Virus record (IMG/VR): IMGVR_UViG_3300019742_000001
DNA from: a virus
Lineage: Duplodnaviria > Caudoviricetes
Length of the DNA: 64,000 nt
Direction: 5' to 3' (one strand)
Shown: positions 58,980-64,000 of the stretch, in pieces
Layout of the letters: the number at the start of each line of letters is the position of its first letter
Numbering within the stretch: the stretch's first letter is position 1
Position numbers and translations under genes: made by a program
Notes under the pieces: generated by a model
Database searches by the model: none
The model's input: only the letters and a program-made list of their open reading frames with translations
Told to the model about the DNA's origin: nothing

Positions 58980-60494
58980 ATGACACTAAAAGATGAATAC
59001 GAAAAACTAAAATTAAACCCTGTTCTGACTGAGGTAGAAGGTATTGACTCTGATCCAGAAGGGGAAGAGACACCAGAGGTTGAATTAGTTGAAGGATTTA
59101 ACGTACTTATACTGACATCATCAACTGACTCAAAGAATAACAGAATGTCTAAGAAAAATCCAACTGTTGTTAAAATGGAGAATTGGTGTAAATCAAACGA
59201 TGTTCCTTATTACACGGCATTTGCTGACACAGCAATTTTAAGTGTGAACGATGGTGAGATCCGTATTCATAATATTAACGACACCGATGGATGTGTCATT
59301 GATCGTGATAAGACATTTGTTATCGCTCGTCGTGGTGTTATGTTCCATAGATATTCACTTAACCTAATGTCTCGTTTGGAGAGATATCGTTTCTGTTTCC
59401 TTAATGAACGTGTCGCTCTTGAGACATGTGAAGACAAATACTTAACAAACCTTAACCTTATTGAATCTAAGGTACCTATCCCTGATTCACATTTGGTGCC
59501 AACTGAGGAAATGATTACACTTGCTCACGAAAAAGTTGGTGGTAAATTCCCTATCGTGGTCAAGACATTGAATGGTACTCAAGGTAAAGGAGTGTTCATT
59601 GTCAACAATTACAAGGCATTGAAGTCAACACTACAGGCTATTTGGTCTGTTGGTGGTGATGTGGAAATGATGTTCCAACAATATATCAAGTCAGAATATG
59701 ATGTTAGAATACACGTACTTGGTGATGAAGTAATTGGTGCAATGAAAAGAACAGTAGTTGATAATGACTTCCGTTCTAATGTTCATTTAGGTGGTAAGAC
59801 CAGTAAATACAAACCATCCAAAGAAATTAAAGAGTTGGCTGTTAAAGCCGCTCAGGCTGTTAAATGTAAATGGGCTGGTGTTGATATTATGTTTGATTCT
59901 AAAGATAATCCATATGTATTGGAAGTTAATGCTTCAGCAGGTACAGATGGTATTGAAGATCTAACTGGTATTGATATTGTTGGTAATGTGATGGAGTTTT
60001 GCAAAAATGGTATCAATTGGAATAGACCACCTCAACAGGTAGGTGTGGTTGAAACTATGGAAATTGATGGTATTGGTGAATTAATAGCTCGGTTTGATAC
60101 TGGTAATGACGCTAATAGCTCCTCACTTGACGCACAAGACATTAAAATCAATGGAACCAAGGTTACGTGGAAGACTAACGGTAAAACTCTCACAGGGTCA
60201 ATCATTGGTAACGTACGTATGAAGAATAATCACGATCCAGATGAAAAACTTGATGCAAAACGTCCTATCGTATTATTGGATGTTACGTTCCAAGGTGTTA
60301 CTTATAAAGATGTTCCGTTTAATCTTAATAATAGAAGCAATAAAAAAACACCTATTTTGATCAATAAGAACTTTATGATCCAATCTGGTTCTGTTGTTAA
60401 TCCATCTAAAATTTATAGTGTAACATCAAAACCTGACTATTTAAAAAAGAAAAGAAAGAAAATAGTAAAAAAAGAAGAAAGAGACGAAAATTAA
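58980..60494 (+). CDS. rimK: RimK-like ATP-grasp ligase fused to a retropepsin-like (RimK-associated) protease
   Basis: FPIVVKTLNGTQGKGV, QQYI...YDVRIHV, FRSNVHLGG, GVDI, VLEVN; ARFDTGN and PILI.KNFM. Confidence 0.85.
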   Translation: MTLKDEYEKLKLNPVLTEVEGIDSDPEGEETPEVELVEGFNVLILTSSTDSKNNRMSKKNPTVVKMENWCKSNDVPYYTAFADTAILSVNDGEIRIHNINDTDGCVIDRDKTFVIARRGVMFHRYSLNLMSRLERYRFCFLNERVALETCEDKYLTNLNLIESKVPIPDSHLVPTEEMITLAHEKVGGKFPIVVKTLNGTQGKGVFIVNNYKALKSTLQAIWSVGGDVEMMFQQYIKSEYDVRIHVLGDEVIGAMKRTVVDNDFRSNVHLGGKTSKYKPSKEIKELAVKAAQAVKCKWAGVDIMFDSKDNPYVLEVNASAGTDGIEDLTGIDIVGNVMEFCKNGINWNRPPQQVGVVETMEIDGIGELIARFDTGNDANSSSLDAQDIKINGTKVTWKTNGKTLTGSIIGNVRMKNNHDPDEKLDAKRPIVLLDVTFQGVTYKDVPFNLNNRSNKKTPILINKNFMIQSGSVVNPSKIYSVTSKPDYLKKKRKKIVKKEERDEN

Positions 60495-60505
60495 AGGAGG
60501 TTATT

Positions 60506-60772
60506 ATGGAAATTGTATTTGGTTTGATTGGTGCATTTGCTTTGTTTCTCTTAGGTGCGTTATGTCTTCCATTACTGTTGTTCTTGAGGGCAAGACGTGA
60601 TGGTGATTGGGATGATTCTAATATAACAAATATGTATCGTGTTGTGGCACATTTAGGTGCCCACCCAAGTGATTTCGGTAAAATGATGTATTCGGATGGA
60701 AAGAAACCATTTTGGTATATCAACAAGGATGAACTTAGTGATGTGGTTGATTCAAGACCTAGTGATGATTAA
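60506..60772 (+). CDS. Small membrane-anchored protein
   Basis: N-terminal TM, AGGAGG SD. Confidence 0.6.
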   Translation: MEIVFGLIGAFALFLLGALCLPLLLFLRARRDGDWDDSNITNMYRVVAHLGAHPSDFGKMMYSDGKKPFWYINKDELSDVVDSRPSDD

Positions 60773-60774
60773 AT

Positions 60775-60808
60775 AAAAAGGGGGATGACTAATAATCATC
60801 CCCTTTTT
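60775..60808. terminator. Bidirectional terminator, near-copy of the one at 21111
   Basis: ggggatga-ctaataa-tcatcccc with A/T runs. Confidence 0.85.
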
Positions 60809-61090
60809 CTATTCACCGTGATATTGCCATAACACTGCATTACAACGACTATGAACAGATCCTATTGTCATACCTGTGTCGTGACAATGATGTAAATGTA
60901 CAGGCCACCTAAAGAACCCTTGTGGAAATAGTTTTTTGTTCACATGCTTCTTCATAACTTCATTCGTTGGGTTACCATTCAAAGGGTTTTTACAATACCA
61001 ACATAAACCATTCTGTCGTTTTGTGTATTCTTCCCTTACCAATTTCCTTATAGTATAGTGTGTATCATTGTAGTTTACAGGTAATTCCAT
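60809..61090 (-). CDS. Endonuclease VII-like His-Me finger protein
   Basis: CWYC...VHLHHCHDTG...G.VHSRCN. Confidence 0.6.
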   Translation of the reverse strand: MELPVNYNDTHYTIRKLVREEYTKRQNGLCWYCKNPLNGNPTNEVMKKHVNKKLFPQGFFRWPVHLHHCHDTGMTIGSVHSRCNAVLWQYHGE

Positions 61091-61093
61091 AGT

Positions 61094-61951
61094 CTAACCT
61101 TTCCGTTTCCATTCTAATTCAAATGGTAGTTCTAAGCATTGAAATCCCGATGCATTTTTATGTCCACCACCACCAAGTGATTTTGCAATTGATCCTACAT
61201 CAACACCATTCTTGGTAGAATACATTGACACTGAATAATTCTTATTTGTGTAACCAAAACATAACATTGCATCGTGTTTGGATGGATCAAATTTAGAATC
61301 AAATATCTTTGAGTTACTACCAAGTGCATTGATAGCCAGAAAACGATATCCTTTCCAATCCAATTCAAATGAATGTGATTTGCAGTTGTTGTAGTTAATA
61401 TTGTCGTGGTAATTACAACATAGTTGACCCTCTTTAATGAGTTCATCCAAATGATCGTCACTTGTTAAATGAGTTTTCCAGAATGTGTCACTGTTAGAAT
61501 CAACACCATACAATGTTAATGCGGATTGTAATGGAAACAATTTATCACTGTATTTGATATCCCATACATCATAACGACCAATTAATCGTACAATCTCTGG
61601 CATCTTCTCATCACTGAAATATTCCCATGTTAACTCACACCCAGCATCACCAATTCGTTGAGTTCCATTGATCTTTTGACCTGATTTCTTGAGGTCATCA
61701 ATAGCAGTTTTGTGGTGATCAATCCAGATGAAATTATCACCCTTCATTTTCTTGATCTTTAACATTTCTTTGAATGGTTGTAATCCAAAGTCTGTCATAT
61801 ACACTTTTCGTGCCTGTTTGATCTTGTTCCACGGTATATCATAACCGTAGTTCATGTGGTGAATAGTAACATTCTCCTCAAAGTGTTTTACAATTGCACC
61901 TGAACACCATCCGTCACTATCCGTGTGCGTGATACATAGTACATCAATCAT
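61094..61951 (-). CDS. DHH/DHHA1 phosphoesterase (NrnA-like)
   Basis: HTDSDG, MTDFG, WIDHHKTA, GGGGHKNASGF. Confidence 0.88.
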   Translation of the reverse strand: MIDVLCITHTDSDGWCSGAIVKHFEENVTIHHMNYGYDIPWNKIKQARKVYMTDFGLQPFKEMLKIKKMKGDNFIWIDHHKTAIDDLKKSGQKINGTQRIGDAGCELTWEYFSDEKMPEIVRLIGRYDVWDIKYSDKLFPLQSALTLYGVDSNSDTFWKTHLTSDDHLDELIKEGQLCCNYHDNINYNNCKSHSFELDWKGYRFLAINALGSNSKIFDSKFDPSKHDAMLCFGYTNKNYSVSMYSTKNGVDVGSIAKSLGGGGHKNASGFQCLELPFELEWKRKG

Positions 61952-62489
61952 ATTGTCTAATCTTCCCTTCTTCGTATTTTAGGTTGACAACCTTATGTAA
62001 TAACACAAGATCCATACCTTTCTTTAATCCAAATCGTCTTGCCAACTTTAAATCTGATTTGTCGTAGTATATATCTACTTTGCCGACCCATCTATCATCC
62101 ATCAGGTCATTAACTAAGAACACACCTAACCCATATATGTATATCCTATGACCTAACATGTATCGTAAGTCATGTGATACGGCAACAGTATATCCCGGAA
62201 CTACTCTGTTCATAATTGCTGTTATATTTGGTGTACTATCACATTCAACAACTCTATTGGTGTATGCTGATACATCAACTGTAATCATACGTTCTTGTTG
62301 ATATACAATGATCTCTTTTTTATATGATTTACTTAGGGATATATAGAAATCACTTACTTCTTGTTGGTGTAATAAGTCTGACTGTAGACCATCTATTGCT
62401 TGATACTGAACACCTGTCACAAACAAAGATACTAATAACATAATTACCACAAATATTTGACACTTCTTGTAATCGTTTAGATTTATCAT
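61944..62489 (-). CDS. Membrane-anchored 3D-domain (MltA-like) cell-wall protein
   Basis: N-terminal TM; VSAYT...CD.TP.ITA...VAVS..., NDLM....VDIY. Confidence 0.75.
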   Translation of the reverse strand: MINLNDYKKCQIFVVIMLLVSLFVTGVQYQAIDGLQSDLLHQQEVSDFYISLSKSYKKEIIVYQQERMITVDVSAYTNRVVECDSTPNITAIMNRVVPGYTVAVSHDLRYMLGHRIYIYGLGVFLVNDLMDDRWVGKVDIYYDKSDLKLARRFGLKKGMDLVLLHKVVNLKYEEGKIRQYD

Positions 62490-62500
62490 AGTATCTCCTA

Positions 62501-63055
62501 TTAAGGTGGATGTTCTTCTATATACTTTTCTAATATAGATATTCTGTGTTCTAACACATCGATTCGGTGTTGTTGGTTTGTTGATGTTGTTGCAACATCA
62601 ACTTGTGATGCCATCATATCACATCTAATCGTGTTCAGGGTATCGGATAATTGTGTTCCATCATGATATATCTGTGTTGATTGTATATCATAAAGATCGG
62701 CTACTATCTCATCTAAGACAACATCTAATGAGGTGTCTCTAAATCTGATCTGATCTGCTTGAAGGTTACTTATCACACTACCATCAATCACAGTAGTAGT
62801 AGTAGTATTATTAATAAAACCTGTATTAAGATTTGTGATATCAACACCCACACCACCCGTATTGAGACTGTCTATTGATGGGATAGGTTCTGGTATGACA
62901 GGAGTATTTGGTGTTATATCCAACCCAAGTCTTCGCAATGAGTCATCAAATGATTCTTCGTCATCAAATGATTCTTCGTCATCAAATGATTCTTCGTCAT
63001 TAGTAGTCATCGGTGCTCCATCTATCAGTATTATATGTTCTCCATTCTGGTTCAA
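62501..63055 (-). CDS. Acidic protein with DDEESF x3 repeat and SLRRLGL motif
   Basis: 18-bp unit x3 at 62943-62996, coiled-coil end. Confidence 0.55.
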   Translation of the reverse strand: MNQNGEHIILIDGAPMTTNDEESFDDEESFDDEESFDDSLRRLGLDITPNTPVIPEPIPSIDSLNTGGVGVDITNLNTGFINNTTTTTVIDGSVISNLQADQIRFRDTSLDVVLDEIVADLYDIQSTQIYHDGTQLSDTLNTIRCDMMASQVDVATTSTNQQHRIDVLEHRISILEKYIEEHPP

Positions 63056-63539
63056 CCCAATCAGAATAACTTACTGTTCGTTCTCGTTCTCGTTCTCTTT
63101 CTATGCTCAGTTCTTGTGCATATCTGATTAATCGTGATGTCGTATCGTCTGAACCATCTTCTAATTCATCGTCTGATCTCCATGATTGTACTGGAACACC
63201 ATCAGGAATATCATCTTCTTCAATAGGTTCATCATTCCATTCGGTAGGTTCACCAGAAACACCTAACCGATTAATTCTGGTATCATCATCAATATCAGAT
63301 TCTAAATCAAATGGGTCAATATCTACAATAGACGGTTCTACTGTTTGTGACACTGTTTGTGACACTTCTTCCACTAAATGCCGACCAAATTCTTTGTCCA
63401 ATAGATCAAAAACATTTGATCCATCACCACCATCAGAAAGAATGAACTTTCTCCATTCGTCTAACATTTGATGGTAGAATTCGCCCATATGTTGAATTTC
63501 AAAATCATCATAATCATAATCATAATATTCCATAATCAT
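63000..63539 (-). CDS. Very acidic hypothetical protein
   Basis: D/E-rich, contains DDDTRINRLGV. Confidence 0.55.
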   Translation of the reverse strand: MIMEYYDYDYDDFEIQHMGEFYHQMLDEWRKFILSDGGDGSNVFDLLDKEFGRHLVEEVSQTVSQTVEPSIVDIDPFDLESDIDDDTRINRLGVSGEPTEWNDEPIEEDDIPDGVPVQSWRSDDELEDGSDDTTSRLIRYAQELSIERERERERTVSYSDWVEPEWRTYNTDRWSTDDY

Positions 63540-64000
63540 TCTTCTTTCGAGTATAAATTTAGAATTATTTCGTTTGACTTACCACGATCATAATAACTGG
63601 TGATTTTATCACCGTCAAGCAGTGATTTAACCACATCTTCAATCTCACTGTATATAATTTTAAACTCTTCAATTGTTAAATAACCCAACTTAACAGTCTT
63701 TAATAATATGGCAGATGATAATGGGTAGATTACTTTACCTGTTGTTAATAACTCATGTGCTTCATATAATGCCCTCAAAGAATGAGATAATGATTTCCAA
63801 TCATTACAACCCATTTGTGCCGCAGTGTGTGATCGTTTACCGTATTTCTCATATTCATTTGTGATTCGTTCCTTAAAGGTGTCCAATAAAATTGTAGATT
63901 GATGTTCTTTCTTTGCTACTGTCAGAAAAAGATCACCATTTGATCTCGCATTTAGTGATATATAATCGTCACCCTTTGAATCTTGACTCTGACACTCTTC
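63536..64000 (-). CDS. C-terminal part of a phage nucleotidyltransferase-like protein (5' end outside the window)
   Basis: Frame is open to 64000; YG.R...A...DWKSLSHSLR...EAHELLTTG..YPL...L..K.G. Confidence 0.55.
   Translation of the reverse strand, partial: EECQSQDSKGDDYISLNARSNGDLFLTVAKKEHQSTILLDTFKERITNEYEKYGKRSHTAAQMGCNDWKSLSHSLRALYEAHELLTTGKVIYPLSSAILLKTVKLGYLTIEEFKIIYSEIEDVVKSLLDGDKITSYYDRGKSNEIILNLYSKEE

Noticed and set aside
1-64000. tRNA/rRNA genes (suggested by cca and the RNA ligase)
   Set aside because: I recognised no T-loop or cloverleaf signatures or rRNA motifs by eye. tRNAscan-SE/ARAGORN would be needed to exclude them formally.
1-64000. Stop-codon reassignment, as in some jumbo phages
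   Set aside because: Conserved genes (lpxC, cca, groES, rimK) are full length in code 11, and TAG/TGA serve as real stops. The single TGA in the gp2-like gene is not rescued by read-through because the frame also changes.

Overview
This is a 64-kb AT-rich segment of a large T4-like (myovirus, probably jumbo) phage read with the standard genetic code. The host is probably Gram-negative (phage-borne lpxC) and possibly Desulfuromonadales/Thermodesulfobacteriota-like (inference). 1-13.3 kb (minus strand) is a late structural block: two repeat-rich fibre proteins, an FG-GAP propeller, an orphan PAS-GAF sensor beside a holin-like gene, gp2-like and gp4 genes split by an HNH endonuclease, and GroES. 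13.4-21.1 kb and 47.4-60.8 kb are late operons (TATAAATA promoters) rich in proteins starting with a T4 capsid-targeting-like leader (M[KR][LF]xx[YF][LI]xE). These include eight paralogous ADP-ribosyltransferase-like proteins plus HAD, P-loop, NDT-like and isochorismatase-like proteins, with a C1 protease, a DHH phosphoesterase and RimK alongside. 21-47 kb is an early accessory region of small ORFs under sigma70-type promoters, containing lpxC and an Rnl2-type ligase. About 30 otherwise unrelated small proteins end in a shared [LF]x[DEN][DENS]LFx[VIL] tail, 16 of them in a cassette-like array joined by a conserved junction repeat. A roughly 3-kb repeat-rich, mostly non-coding, origin-like region with a GIY-YIG endonuclease lies at 38.5-41.6 kb. 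No tRNA, rRNA, CRISPR array, integrase or reverse transcriptase was seen. All family assignments come from motif reading by eye, not database searches.
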